DNA of 64,000 nucleotides from an uncultured Chlorobiaceae bacterium (GCA_964523395.1 CAZFXS010000004.1:141581-205580), one strand, 5' to 3'. Counted from the first letter of the stretch, positions 9,139 to 19,358 are shown. The notes: generated by a model from the sequence alone, not told the origin. Translations and numbers: made by a program.

Positions 9139-9227
9139 ATAATAAATCGTAGCCGCAACTATTTCAGGCATGCTCAAGTCCAACATACAAGCCACTGTTT
9201 CTCGTCTTAGACTACGGGGTTAACACC

Positions 9228-10967
9228 ATGATATTTATCCGCTCTTTGGTTCTCACTATACTTATCGCGATCTCGTTCTCCGGCTGTAACAGCGGAGAAA
9301 ACAAACAACAACTCACACCTTCGGCAATCCTCGAAAAGAAAAACGAATGGATTCCCTACTTCCAGGAAAATGCCGTCAATAAACTGTTACAGGAATCTTC
9401 CCACAAATTCAAACCATCGACTGTCGCGTTTACGAATGTCAATCTTATCTCAATGGAAGATGCTTCCGTACGGAAAAATAAAACAGTCGTAATTGAAAAC
9501 GGGAAATTTAGTGCCATCGGAAATTCCGGAGAGGTTACGATTCCCACAGGCGCGACAAGGATAGACGGAACGGGACAATATCTTATCCCCGGCCTTACCG
9601 ATATGCACATCCACTCGCTCGTCAGCAATAGTCAGAAATTGCTGAACCTTGCCTGCGGCGTTACGACCGTCCGCGATATGGACGGCTTTCCGTGGCTATT
9701 GAAGGAACGCGACATGATTGCAAAGAATGCCATGCTCGGTCCCACAGTATACCAGACAGGTCAAATCCTGAATTACAATGCTATGGATTACTATGCCCGT
9801 GTCATTAAAACTTCCGAAGAAGCGCGTGCCGCGGTCCGCGCGGATAAAGAAGCTGGATATGATTTCATAAAAGTGCACAATAACGTTCCACCCGAAATCT
9901 ATGCCGCAATCTGCGACGAAGCGAAAACGCTCTCCATCGACGTTGTCGGCCATATCCCTCACCGTGTGACGCTTCAGCAGGCAATTGCCTCCGGGCAAAG
10001 AACGTTCGAACACATGAAGGGATACTACAGTGACCGCACGCTCGAAATGACGACGGAAGATTACATGGCGTTGACCAAAGGCGCCGATGTCTGGAACTGT
10101 CCGACCTTCTATACGAGAAGAATCGGAGAGTCAAAAAATTTTGTAACCGGTCTGCTTACGACTGAGGAAGCAAAATACGCACCGGCATTAGACAGAAAGC
10201 GGTGGCTTGCGAACGCTCCGGAACATGCCGAGGAAAACGGACAAAAGATTTTTAATCAGTCCAAAAAAATATTTTCCGAGCTGTTAACAATCAACGCGAA
10301 ATTTATCGCAGGAACTGATTGCGGCGGCGGATACGGCAAGATGATTCCTGGCTTCGCCTTGCTCGATGAGATTGAAACAATGGAAAGCTTTGGTATGACG
10401 CCGTTCCAGGCATTGCAGTCGGCGACAATCAATGCCGCGCTCGCAATGCGGAAGGAAAAAGAATTCGGTACCATCGCCGTCGGCAAACGGGCCGACTGTG
10501 TTCTACTGCCGGGGAATCCGCTGGAGAACATAAAAAGCTTGCGGTCCAATAACGGTGTCATGGTACGGGGAATATGGCTTTCCAAAAATGACATTGCCGG
10601 AATGTTAAAGCAAATTGAAGATCTGTACTCAGAAGAATACGATTTCCTCGGCAGTGATCCTGTTCATGCGGTAACTGTCATGCCGAAAGAATACAATGAA
10701 CTCCGCATGGCCGGCTTTTGCGGAAGGCGTGATGTTACAGAGCATCTGGGAAGGATGCTGATCGAACTCGGAATGACGGACGATGCAACAACGATGTTCT
10801 CGTATCAGAAAGAAGATTTCCCAGCCATGCCGGACGGTTACCTGAACCTCGCCGAAGTATACTCCGCATCAGGAAAGAAATCACTCGCAGAAAAAGAATG
10901 CGAACAGGTGTTAAAAATAGACCCTGCAAATGAAAAAGCAAAGGAAATCTTGAGGTCAATTAAGTAA
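9228..10967 (+). CDS. Amidohydrolase-family lipoprotein with C-terminal TPR
   Basis: Lipobox-like ISFSGC; PGLTDMHIH, IKVH, VGH, FEH and AGTD metal-site motifs; TPR-like C-terminus. Confidence 0.85.
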   Translation: MIFIRSLVLTILIAISFSGCNSGENKQQLTPSAILEKKNEWIPYFQENAVNKLLQESSHKFKPSTVAFTNVNLISMEDASVRKNKTVVIENGKFSAIGNSGEVTIPTGATRIDGTGQYLIPGLTDMHIHSLVSNSQKLLNLACGVTTVRDMDGFPWLLKERDMIAKNAMLGPTVYQTGQILNYNAMDYYARVIKTSEEARAAVRADKEAGYDFIKVHNNVPPEIYAAICDEAKTLSIDVVGHIPHRVTLQQAIASGQRTFEHMKGYYSDRTLEMTTEDYMALTKGADVWNCPTFYTRRIGESKNFVTGLLTTEEAKYAPALDRKRWLANAPEHAEENGQKIFNQSKKIFSELLTINAKFIAGTDCGGGYGKMIPGFALLDEIETMESFGMTPFQALQSATINAALAMRKEKEFGTIAVGKRADCVLLPGNPLENIKSLRSNNGVMVRGIWLSKNDIAGMLKQIEDLYSEEYDFLGSDPVHAVTVMPKEYNELRMAGFCGRRDVTEHLGRMLIELGMTDDATTMFSYQKEDFPAMPDGYLNLAEVYSASGKKSLAEKECEQVLKIDPANEKAKEILRSIK

Positions 10968-10981
10968 AAAATTTTGTACAC

Positions 10982-13900
10982 TTAGTGTCCTGGTGTCTGT
11001 GTGGTAATATTTTTATCCACATGTTCTACTGAACTCGATGTTATCACTTTTTCTAAGGTTAACTTCGCATTCAACAATCGTTGGGAGTTATCCGTCGCTT
11101 TCGGTTGCGCAAACACGAGCAATAACGCTTTGCCTTCCTGTTTTAGTTGAACGTTGGAAATCTTCCCATCAGTAATCAGCTTCATGATCCGCTGAAACGG
11201 TGAATCGGTGGTATCCGGCGTTCCATAAAACGCGGTGTCCGAACTTTCCGGCAATGTCAGCACAAGCGTACCGCCACGAAGCGAAACTTTCTGTGCGCGG
11301 ATATTTGATGCGGCAAGCCTGAGTTCCACCAGTCCGCACAAATGCTCAACTTCTTTGGGATATTCCCCGAACCTGTCACGCAATTCCGTTCTCATCGCCT
11401 GAAGCTCACCCGGTTCCTTCGCGGCATACAGCCTACGGTACACATCGAGCCGCTCGGCGTCGGATTCGATGTACAGATCGGGAATCAGCGCCTCGATGTC
11501 AGACTCCACAACTGCCTCTTTTGAATTCGAAATTCGAGATTCGACATTCGAAATTTCCCTGAATTCTTCCTGCCTCAATTCCTCCACTGCTTCCCGCACA
11601 ATCCTTTCATACATCTCAAATCCCATATCCATGATGAATCCGGATTGTTCGCCGCCGAGCAGGTTGCCCGCGCCACGGATTTCCAGATCGCGCATGGCAA
11701 GATTAAATCCCGAGCCAAGCTCTGTAAATTCTTCAATCGCCTGAAGCCTGCGAAGTGTTTGCTTTGGTATCACGGTAAGCGGCGGTGTCAGCAGATAACA
11801 ATATGCCTGCACATTTGACCTGCCCACCCTGCCGCGCAGCTGATATAATTCAGCCAACCCAAACATATCAGCGCGATTAATAATAATGGTATTTACGCTC
11901 GGGATATCGACACCGGACTCGATGATTTTAGTGCATACAAGTACGTCATATTTCTTTTCCAAGAAATTGAGCATTGTTTTTTCGAGCTCGTGCCCGCTCA
12001 TTTGTCCATGCGCTACATGCACTTTGGCTTCCGGCACCTGCGTTCTGATTTGATCGGCGATAGCGTCGATATTGCTGACGCGGTCGTGGATAACATAGAC
12101 CTGTCCGCCGCGGTGCAGTTCTTTGAGAATAGCTTCTTTGGTGATTTTCCACTGTGTTTGTTTCCCGCCTGTATCGGCCGGAATAATTTCCGTGATAATG
12201 GGAATACGGTTTCGCGGCGGTGTATTAATTAATGAAAGATCGCGGGCACCGATCAGTGAGAAATGCAATGTTCGGGGAATCGGCGTTGCCGTCATCGCCA
12301 GCGTATCGACGCTTGCTTTCCATTGCCGCAGTTTCTCTTTCGCCGCGACTCCAAAACGATGCTCTTCATCGATGATCAGCAATCCGAGATCTTTGAATGC
12401 AATATCTTTCGACAAAATTCTATGCGTTCCGATGATGATATCAATAGCACCCTGCTTCAGCGTTTCAACTATTTTTTTCTGCTCCTTCACCGATTTGAAC
12501 CGCGTCAAGTTTTCAATCCGCGCCGTATAGCGCGAGAGCCGGTCCTGAAACGTGTTGTAATGCTGGAGCGCGAGTATCGTCGTCGGGACAAGTATCGCGA
12601 CCTGTTTTCCATCCATCACCGCTTTGAACGCGGCGCGCACCGCAACTTCCGTTTTCCCGAACCCGACGTCGCCGCAGATGAGCCTGTCCATCGGTGACGG
12701 GCTTTCCATATCGCTCTTCACATCAAGCGTCGCGCGCGCCTGATCGAGCGTATCTTCATACATGAAAGATGCTTCCAGCTCTTTCTGCCAGTGCGTATCC
12801 GACGAGAACGCGAATCCCTGTTCCTGTTTTCTTCTGGCGTAGAGCGTAATGATATCGCGGGCAATATCTTTTATGCGTTTCTTTGCCCTCTCTCTCATCC
12901 GGTCCCACTCACCCGTGCCAAGCCTGGTGAGTTTCGGGACATGCCCGTCCTGCGAAGAATATTTCTGAACCCGGTTGACAAAATTCAGATTTACATAGAG
13001 CACGTCGTTTTCCAAAAACAGAAGTTTCAACACTTCCTGTTCTCCCCCTGCGACATTAATTTTTGTCAGGCCGCTGAATGTCCCGATACCATGATCGACG
13101 TGCACAACATAGTCACCGCGTTTAAGCTGTTGGAGTTCTTTTTGAGAGATTCCTTTGAAACGGCGGCGCATGGGAAGTCCGCGGCGCTTGAGCCGGTTGA
13201 AGATTTCGTGTTCTGTGAAAACGGCAATGCGAGCCGAAGGATAGATGAAACCGGAATGGATGGTTTCGGAGAGAAATGTTGGTTTGATGGTCGATATCGG
13301 ATGTTCGTCAACCGTTGATTCGGATATTGCGTTTTGAGTATCAAGTGAAAATTTTTGAGGAGAATCAATCGCTTCATTAATCAGTTCGTTAAGCCTGTCG
13401 GTTTCCGCCTTTGTATCGCTTGTCAGATACACAGAATACCCGTCATCAAATAATTTCTGTAATGACTCGATAAGAATATTCACGTTGCCGTTGTACGCCG
13501 GCTGCGGTTGCGTGTGTGTATCAATTGCATTCCCGCCGCCGCCGAACGACGTACAAACGATAGCGGGAAATTCTTTTACCCGCTGAAATATATATTCGGA
13601 TGAAAAAAGCTCTTTCTCATGTTCCTTCGTCGCTTCGTTTATCTCGCGCTCCACCTGCTCCGGTTCATCAAGAACAATCAGCGCGTGACCGGCAAGATAA
13701 TCAAAGACGGATGCTGAATGTTTACTCTCTGCGCCATCTGCTCTCTGCGCTTCATCCGCGGAATCTGTTTCATCAGTCATTAGAGACGGAACAATGCTTG
13801 CGAACTGCAGTTCACGGATGGAGCGTTGTGAGAGAACATCGAACTCGCGGATAGATTCCACGGTATCCCCCCAGAATTCGATTCGTATGGGATTCTCCCC

Positions 13901-14461
13901 GACAAAAGGAAAAAGGTCGATAATACCGCCGCGCACAGCGTATTCACCATATCCTCCCACAAAATCTTTTCTCTCGAATCCGAGCTGATCAATTTGTCCG
14001 ACAAGCTGTTGAAAGGCGTACTCTTTTCCTTTCGTTATCTCAATAATTGTCTGACGAAATGCCTGTTGTTCAGGAAGGTGTCCTGCCACCGCTTGCGGCG
14101 AAGCGACAACAAGAACTGCCGCGCCGGATGAAAGCGCCTTGAGAGTTTCGATTTGCGCAATAGATGTGCTGACATCAAGAGATTGTCCGTGATGTGAAGG
14201 CTTCTCTCCAAAAAAGCGGACATGTTGTTCCCCCAGCAGCAACGCGCAATCGTCGCGCAGTTTTTCGGCCCTGTCTTCATCCGAAGCCACAAGAAGAACC
14301 TGCCGTTGTGCAGACTCAAATACATTGACAGCGGCGAACGCGATAAGCGATCCCACAACGCTTCGTAATTCGAAACGCTCTCCCGGCGTGAATGACTGCA
14401 GCTTGTCGTTTAATTGCCGAAATTCTCCGGACCGAAATATTTTTTCCTTAATCTTGTCCAA
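10982..14461 (-). CDS. mfd: Transcription-repair coupling factor
   Basis: GDYVVHVDHGIG CarD-like domain; GDVGFGKTEV Walker A; DEEH; LYQLRGRVGRS; TRG motif DLEIRGAGNLLG; TTG start. Confidence 0.97.
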   Translation of the reverse strand: MDKIKEKIFRSGEFRQLNDKLQSFTPGERFELRSVVGSLIAFAAVNVFESAQRQVLLVASDEDRAEKLRDDCALLLGEQHVRFFGEKPSHHGQSLDVSTSIAQIETLKALSSGAAVLVVASPQAVAGHLPEQQAFRQTIIEITKGKEYAFQQLVGQIDQLGFERKDFVGGYGEYAVRGGIIDLFPFVGENPIRIEFWGDTVESIREFDVLSQRSIRELQFASIVPSLMTDETDSADEAQRADGAESKHSASVFDYLAGHALIVLDEPEQVEREINEATKEHEKELFSSEYIFQRVKEFPAIVCTSFGGGGNAIDTHTQPQPAYNGNVNILIESLQKLFDDGYSVYLTSDTKAETDRLNELINEAIDSPQKFSLDTQNAISESTVDEHPISTIKPTFLSETIHSGFIYPSARIAVFTEHEIFNRLKRRGLPMRRRFKGISQKELQQLKRGDYVVHVDHGIGTFSGLTKINVAGGEQEVLKLLFLENDVLYVNLNFVNRVQKYSSQDGHVPKLTRLGTGEWDRMRERAKKRIKDIARDIITLYARRKQEQGFAFSSDTHWQKELEASFMYEDTLDQARATLDVKSDMESPSPMDRLICGDVGFGKTEVAVRAAFKAVMDGKQVAILVPTTILALQHYNTFQDRLSRYTARIENLTRFKSVKEQKKIVETLKQGAIDIIIGTHRILSKDIAFKDLGLLIIDEEHRFGVAAKEKLRQWKASVDTLAMTATPIPRTLHFSLIGARDLSLINTPPRNRIPIITEIIPADTGGKQTQWKITKEAILKELHRGGQVYVIHDRVSNIDAIADQIRTQVPEAKVHVAHGQMSGHELEKTMLNFLEKKYDVLVCTKIIESGVDIPSVNTIIINRADMFGLAELYQLRGRVGRSNVQAYCYLLTPPLTVIPKQTLRRLQAIEEFTELGSGFNLAMRDLEIRGAGNLLGGEQSGFIMDMGFEMYERIVREAVEELRQEEFREISNVESRISNSKEAVVESDIEALIPDLYIESDAERLDVYRRLYAAKEPGELQAMRTELRDRFGEYPKEVEHLCGLVELRLAASNIRAQKVSLRGGTLVLTLPESSDTAFYGTPDTTDSPFQRIMKLITDGKISNVQLKQEGKALLLVFAQPKATDNSQRLLNAKLTLEKVITSSSVEHVDKNITTQTPGH

Positions 14462-14493
14462 TTGAAAATTGCAAATTGTAAATCGTAAATTGT
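14459..14493. repeat. Heptamer array abutting and including the mfd TTG start
   Basis: CAATTGA AAATTGC AAATTGT AAATCGT AAATTGT on the + strand. Confidence 0.75.
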
Positions 14494-14692
14494 ACAGTTA
14501 CCCTCTGACCCCTTATCATCGGTTGCATTTCCAACACTGCGTTCATCATTTCCGTAACTACAAAACACTCCACCCCTACCGCAAAGATTCGCCAGAACTT
14601 TCGCAGTAAGGGTGAACTAACATACGCAAGAAGAGATCGATTTGCAAGACTTCGGAATGAAATTCATATAACAATTTTGTATGTTGGATGCC

Positions 14693-15118
14693 ATGACACC
14701 CAAACTTATCATCACAAAAACGGTCTCCATACCACTTTCAGAGCTGGAATTCCGGTTCGCGCGCGGCAGCGGCCCCGGCGGACAGAATGTTAACAAGGTG
14801 GAAACGCGTGTGGAATTATTGTTCGACGCGGCTCATTCCCCGAGTCTTACGAATGAAACCCGGGAGATGGTTTTTCATTCAATCGGATCACGAATTGACG
14901 CAAACGGGATACTGCATCTCGTTGTTGGTACGTCGCGGAGTCAGTGGAAAAACAGACAGGAGGCAATCAAACGTTTTCTTGAGTTAATGCAGAAAGCACT
15001 CACACCAAAGAAAAAACGGGTAAAAACAAAACTGCCGCAAGTGGCAAAACAAAAAAGGCTTGAACAGAAGAAACGCAGGGGAGAGAACATACGGATGAGA
15101 AGAATCATACCGGACTGA
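14693..15118 (+). CDS. arfB: Alternative ribosome-rescue peptidyl-tRNA hydrolase
   Basis: IPLSELEFRFARGSGPGGQNVNKVET (GGQ), SRSQWKNR and a basic C-terminal tail; start may be 14681. Confidence 0.92.
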   Translation: MTPKLIITKTVSIPLSELEFRFARGSGPGGQNVNKVETRVELLFDAAHSPSLTNETREMVFHSIGSRIDANGILHLVVGTSRSQWKNRQEAIKRFLELMQKALTPKKKRVKTKLPQVAKQKRLEQKKRRGENIRMRRIIPD

Positions 15119-15131
15119 CATTCGCATTCAT

Positions 15132-15163
15132 GAATTGACTTTGCTGTTGTCAATTCTTAGATT
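15132..15163 (+). promoter_or_regulatory. Sigma70 promoter with an overlapping palindrome
   Basis: TTGACT(15135)-N17-TAGATT(15158); GAATTGAC-N9-GTCAATTC at 15132-15156 covers the -35. Confidence 0.55.
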
Positions 15164-15206
15164 AGCCAAACTTTTGACAGCAAACATATAGTGAAAGGGA
15201 GATCCT

Positions 15207-17525
15207 ATGGTTGGTTTGCTCTTCTTGCTCCTTCTTGTGTTAATTATCCTGGTAGCTACGTTATTTTCAAGAATAACTTCGCTCAGCAACAGAATTGACA
15301 TCGTCGAGTGGAGCATCCGCGACATCCGGAAATCCCTTCCCAAAGAACCGGAGACACCTCAACAGAAAGTTTCACCACAACCTGCCGCATCGGTTCCGCC
15401 AACTACCGCTTCTCAATCACCGGCTCCGCAGGTATTGCCTCCACCGGTTCTTCAGCAGACTGCAGCTCCAAAACCTGCGTCAATCCCAATACCCGAACCG
15501 AAACCTTCACGCACGCGGGAAGAACTTGAAGCATTTATCGGCGGAAAACTTCTCAACCGCATCGGCGCTCTCGCTCTTGTGATCGGGATTGGTTTCTTCC
15601 TCAAGTACGCATTTGACAATAACTGGATTTCCGAAACGATGAGAATTGTCATCGGAGCTATTGTTGGAATCGGAGTATTGTTTGGCGGTGTCCGTACACA
15701 TCGCAAGGGATTTGAGATCTTCGCGCAGGGACTTTTCGGGGCGGGAATTTCCATTCTTTATCTTTCCGTGTATGCTTCATTTAATTTTTATCATCTCGTT
15801 GCACAGCCCGTCGCTTTTGGCATGATGTCGCTGGTTACCATTGTGGCGTTTGTGTTCGCGTTCAAATATAATTCACTCGCGATTTCAGTTCTGGCGTGGG
15901 CCGGAGGATTTCTGACTCCCTTTCTTCTCAGCACCGGGAGTGCAAATGAAGTAGGATTATTTACTTACGTAACATTGCTTGAAGCCGGATTGCTTGCCAT
16001 CGTTATGAAAAAACATACATGGGCCGTGCTTGAACCGTTAACACTGCTTGCGACATACTCGGTATTTTTGCTTTGGAAAAACGAATATTATACCGACAAT
16101 GAACTCGGTATTACCCTCTTTTTTGTTTCTGTCTTCTGGATACTGTTATACTTATCAAGCTTCTATCAGACGATCAACGGAAAGATGTCCCAACCAATTT
16201 TCCTTCAACTTTCAAGCTTGTTTAACGCGGTAATATATTATTCCATCATCTATAATCTGATCGACCCCCTTCATCATGAATGGATGGGAGCTACATCGCT
16301 GATCCTGTGTCTCGCATATGCCGTGCAGATTTTCGTGTTCAGGAAATACGCGGAGAACACCGCAATGATCGCCCAAACGACATTCATCAGCATGGCACTC
16401 CTCGTATTCGCGACAGGTATTCAGTACAAGGGTTTCACCGTGGCGATATTCTGGTCAATTGAAGCGTGCGTGCTGGCATGGTGCGGACAACGGTGGAACA
16501 TTCGCTATGTAACATTTTTTGCCGCAGGACTTCTTGCATGTGCTATGGTAAAACTTGGAACTACGTACGGAGCGTTCAATTATATTCCGCTAAGTGATTT
16601 TTCATTATTGCTGAATTACCGTGCGCTCACATATATGGTTGCCGCTGCATCGTTGTATATCTGCGCCCGAATCCTCAGAAACAATACTGAACAGCCTCTG
16701 CCTCTCATTGTCACCGGCCTCCATGCAATGTGGATTATTGTTTTGTTATGCTTTCTTACCGTTGAGATTAACGATTTCTTCAATCAAAAGATTGCAAACA
16801 CTGATCACCTGCAGCAGCAATATCTGAATTTTTCCAGGTTTATGGTCATGGCTGTTGCGTGGATACTGTATTCTCTGCCTCTTGCATATCTTGGCGTAAA
16901 GAAACAACTGCTTCCGGTGTTAACCCCGGCGCTGATGATCGTTGCGATATCGACCTTCCTTGTATTTTTTCAGGGGATAGCCTTTTCGCCGATTGATTAC
17001 TTTGCTGCCATAATAAACATCAGAGCTCTCGCGTTTGGTATTGTTCTGAGTGGAATGGTCATTCATATTCTTATGCTGATGAAAGAAAAATCCCGCTACG
17101 AATGGTCGGGCGAAGTCGGTGCTGCGCTGGGAATTTCAGCGGTGTTGCTCCTGCTGGCATTGCTTACCGGAGAAACACGTGACATTTTCGAATTGCAGAT
17201 TAACAATTTGCACGCAATAGCTCCTGAAGATCATGAAAACATTTCGCGGATAGAAAATCTGAAACAGCTATTTCTTTCGGGGTTGTGGATGGTATACGGA
17301 GGATTGCTGATGGCAATCGGTATTTGGAAACGGCAGCGCGGCATGCGGATGCTTTCCATAGTGCTGTTGGGAATTGCAATCCTGAAAATATTTATTTACG
17401 ACTTGTCGTTTCTCGAAACATTGTATCGCATCTTCTCTTTTATCGGGTTGGGGATTATCCTTTTGACGGCGTCGTATCTGTATCAAAAATATAAAGCCAT
17501 AATTTTCGAAGGGACCACCATGTAG
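15207..17525 (+). CDS. DUF2339-like large membrane protein
   Basis: Pro-rich linker, then LEAFIGGKLLNRIG...GIGFFLKYAF; many TM segments; K.F.YDLS.L..LYRI.SFIGLG C-terminus. Confidence 0.88.
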   Translation: MVGLLFLLLLVLIILVATLFSRITSLSNRIDIVEWSIRDIRKSLPKEPETPQQKVSPQPAASVPPTTASQSPAPQVLPPPVLQQTAAPKPASIPIPEPKPSRTREELEAFIGGKLLNRIGALALVIGIGFFLKYAFDNNWISETMRIVIGAIVGIGVLFGGVRTHRKGFEIFAQGLFGAGISILYLSVYASFNFYHLVAQPVAFGMMSLVTIVAFVFAFKYNSLAISVLAWAGGFLTPFLLSTGSANEVGLFTYVTLLEAGLLAIVMKKHTWAVLEPLTLLATYSVFLLWKNEYYTDNELGITLFFVSVFWILLYLSSFYQTINGKMSQPIFLQLSSLFNAVIYYSIIYNLIDPLHHEWMGATSLILCLAYAVQIFVFRKYAENTAMIAQTTFISMALLVFATGIQYKGFTVAIFWSIEACVLAWCGQRWNIRYVTFFAAGLLACAMVKLGTTYGAFNYIPLSDFSLLLNYRALTYMVAAASLYICARILRNNTEQPLPLIVTGLHAMWIIVLLCFLTVEINDFFNQKIANTDHLQQQYLNFSRFMVMAVAWILYSLPLAYLGVKKQLLPVLTPALMIVAISTFLVFFQGIAFSPIDYFAAIINIRALAFGIVLSGMVIHILMLMKEKSRYEWSGEVGAALGISAVLLLLALLTGETRDIFELQINNLHAIAPEDHENISRIENLKQLFLSGLWMVYGGLLMAIGIWKRQRGMRMLSIVLLGIAILKIFIYDLSFLETLYRIFSFIGLGIILLTASYLYQKYKAIIFEGTTM

Positions 17526-17548
17526 CCCGACCTGCATGCCAATCATAT

Positions 17549-17572
17549 GTCCATTTGAGAAATGGACGCTAC
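17549..17572 (-). repeat. GTAG-family REP
   Basis: Reverse strand GTAGC GTCCATTT CTC AAATGGAC. Confidence 0.9.
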
Positions 17573-17598
17573 ACCTCGCAGGCTAAAAATGTAATCAT

Positions 17599-17622
17599 GT
17601 AACATCCGCTTGGTAATTGGAT
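17599..17622 (+). repeat. Degenerate REP at the 3' side of the RAYT gene
   Basis: GTAAC ATCCGCTT GGT AATTGGAT, preceded by CAT like the copies at 18284 and 41749. Confidence 0.6.
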
Positions 17623-17650
17623 GATGATTATTGTTTTATTAACAAAGTAT

Positions 17651-18187
17651 TTATTCTTCGTATAACCCTCGAAATGGAAATTCATTTTCATCAAAATCAC
17701 AAAAGTCGATTTCTAACCTTCCCTTCTGAACAACTTCTATAAAATTGTGAAACGGAAAATCCTTTGGTTTGACTCGAAGATGTTTGTATGAGTTATAGAA
17801 AATATATTCAAGGTGATTTTGAAAATCCTTGTTTTCCCAGCTTACACGTATGCAATGATCCATGGTTCCCCGTTGCCACACATGCTCCTCTTCGAACAAT
17901 AGCTTTTTTTTAATTTCCTTTGATGTGTGTTTTTTAAAGTCTCGCAAGAAGGCAGAGAGATCCTTTATACTTTCAATCTCAACAAGCGCGTGAATATAAT
18001 CGGGCATAATTGTAAATGCGATTAACTCCTTTATTTTTTCCTCATAGAATTTTAGATTATCAATAAGCATCTCAGGTACAGAGTGGTAATGTAACAACAT
18101 TCTACGCTTATCCGTGCAAAAGGTGAGAAAATAAATTGAGTAATCCTGGTGATAACGTGGCGGTTTGCCTGAAAAGAGAATTTTCAT
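17651..18187 (-). mobile_element. REP-associated tyrosine transposase (RAYT, IS200-like Y1 HUH), HUH motif altered
   Basis: YFLTFCT, MPDYIH (canonical MPDHIH), LRDFKKHTS, VWQRG..DHCIR, EYIFYNS; flanked by REPs; GGAGG before ATG 18187. Confidence 0.88.
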
Positions 18188-18230
18188 AATTCCTCCCATT
18201 ATGACTTAATTGATTTGGCTAAACCCTAAA

Positions 18231-18344
18231 GTCCATTTATGAAATGGACGCTACCCCTGCCTTATGGGGAAAAAAAGAAACATGTAGCATCCGATTCTCA
18301 ATCGGATTATTGCTTCGTGAGTCCATTTACGAAATGGACGCTAC
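18231..18344. repeat. REP cluster: single REP 18231-18254 and REPIN 18284-18344
   Basis: (-)GTAGCGTCCATTTCATAAATGGAC; (+)GTAGCATCCGATTCTCAATCGGAT; 13-nt spacer; (-)GTAGCGTCCATTTCGTAAATGGAC. Confidence 0.92.
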
Positions 18345-19198
18345 GCTTTTAAATTCTTTAACTTTCCTAAAAACTCCTCCGCTTCACGCTTACCAAGCCC
18401 TTTTGATTCGAGATATTCCTGTGTGATCGGTTTCGTGTCAAGGTGATCGGCAAGGACATTGAGCTCAAGACGGGAAAACTTTTCACTCTTCAGCATATAA
18501 TCTTCAAATGCTTCCCAGGCCATCGGTGCGATTATTTTTGTTATTGCCGCCATCGCTTCACCGTAGACCCTGATTTCATACTGCGCGTGCGGATCAATGC
18601 GTAAACGGAGGAAATGAAAAAGATTGTGCAGGTCAATCTTCCAATACCATTCTGTATATAACGATAACGGAAGATTAATACGTGCAAGCTCGCGCGCAAT
18701 ATCTGATTCGAGCATTTGCTCGTACTCGCTGTACATCTGCTGTTGAGATGACGTAAGAATATTTAACACTCTTCCGCGGAGCTCGGCGGGAACATCTTCT
18801 TCACTTCGCCCCTGCTTGTTGCGAAGACTTTGAAAATGAATCGCATGGTGTTCCGGAATGTAAAATTCATCCTTCATCACCGAATATCTTCCCGAATACT
18901 CATTCACATTCGCCGTGCGGTGGCGAATCCACTGCCGCGCGACAAAAATGGGGAGCTTCACATGGAATTTCAATTCCACCATCTCGAACGGTGTCGTATG
19001 CAAATGACGCATGAGATAGCGGATCAATCCGCGGTCTTCGTTGACTGTCTTCGTCCCTTTGCCGTACGAAACGCGTGCAGCCTGGACGATTGCTTCGTCC
19101 CCGCCCATGTAATCGACAAGACGGACAAAGCCGGCGTTGAGACATTTGAATTCTTTATCGAGTATTTCTTCTGCCTGAGGATTGGTAACGTGAGCCAA
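18341..19198 (-). CDS. thyX: FAD-dependent thymidylate synthase
   Basis: IVQAARVSYG, HTTPFE, ARQWIRHRTANVNEYSGRY (RHRX7SXR), NLFHFLRLR; TTG start 19198 after AAAGGA. Confidence 0.96.
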   Translation of the reverse strand: MAHVTNPQAEEILDKEFKCLNAGFVRLVDYMGGDEAIVQAARVSYGKGTKTVNEDRGLIRYLMRHLHTTPFEMVELKFHVKLPIFVARQWIRHRTANVNEYSGRYSVMKDEFYIPEHHAIHFQSLRNKQGRSEEDVPAELRGRVLNILTSSQQQMYSEYEQMLESDIARELARINLPLSLYTEWYWKIDLHNLFHFLRLRIDPHAQYEIRVYGEAMAAITKIIAPMAWEAFEDYMLKSEKFSRLELNVLADHLDTKPITQEYLESKGLGKREAEEFLGKLKNLKA

Positions 19199-19358
19199 AC
19201 GTAGGGTTCCTTTAAAATTTGTGCGACACAATGTAAGGAATACACAAGAAAAATGCCATGAAAAACTGAAGACTGTTTGGAGGTTTGAATTTTGGGTATT
19301 GAGTAATCTTTGGCAACTCAAAACTCACATCTCAAAATTCAAAACATTATTCCCTCTT

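Noticed and set aside
9149-9215. GTAGCCGCAAC...GACTAC as a second GTAG REPIN family
   Set aside because: Correct feet but no stem; too degenerate to support from this window alone
19199-19321. 41-aa N-terminal extension of ThyX in the ORF track
   Set aside because: It runs through a heptamer array; homology and an AAAGGA SD favour TTG 19198
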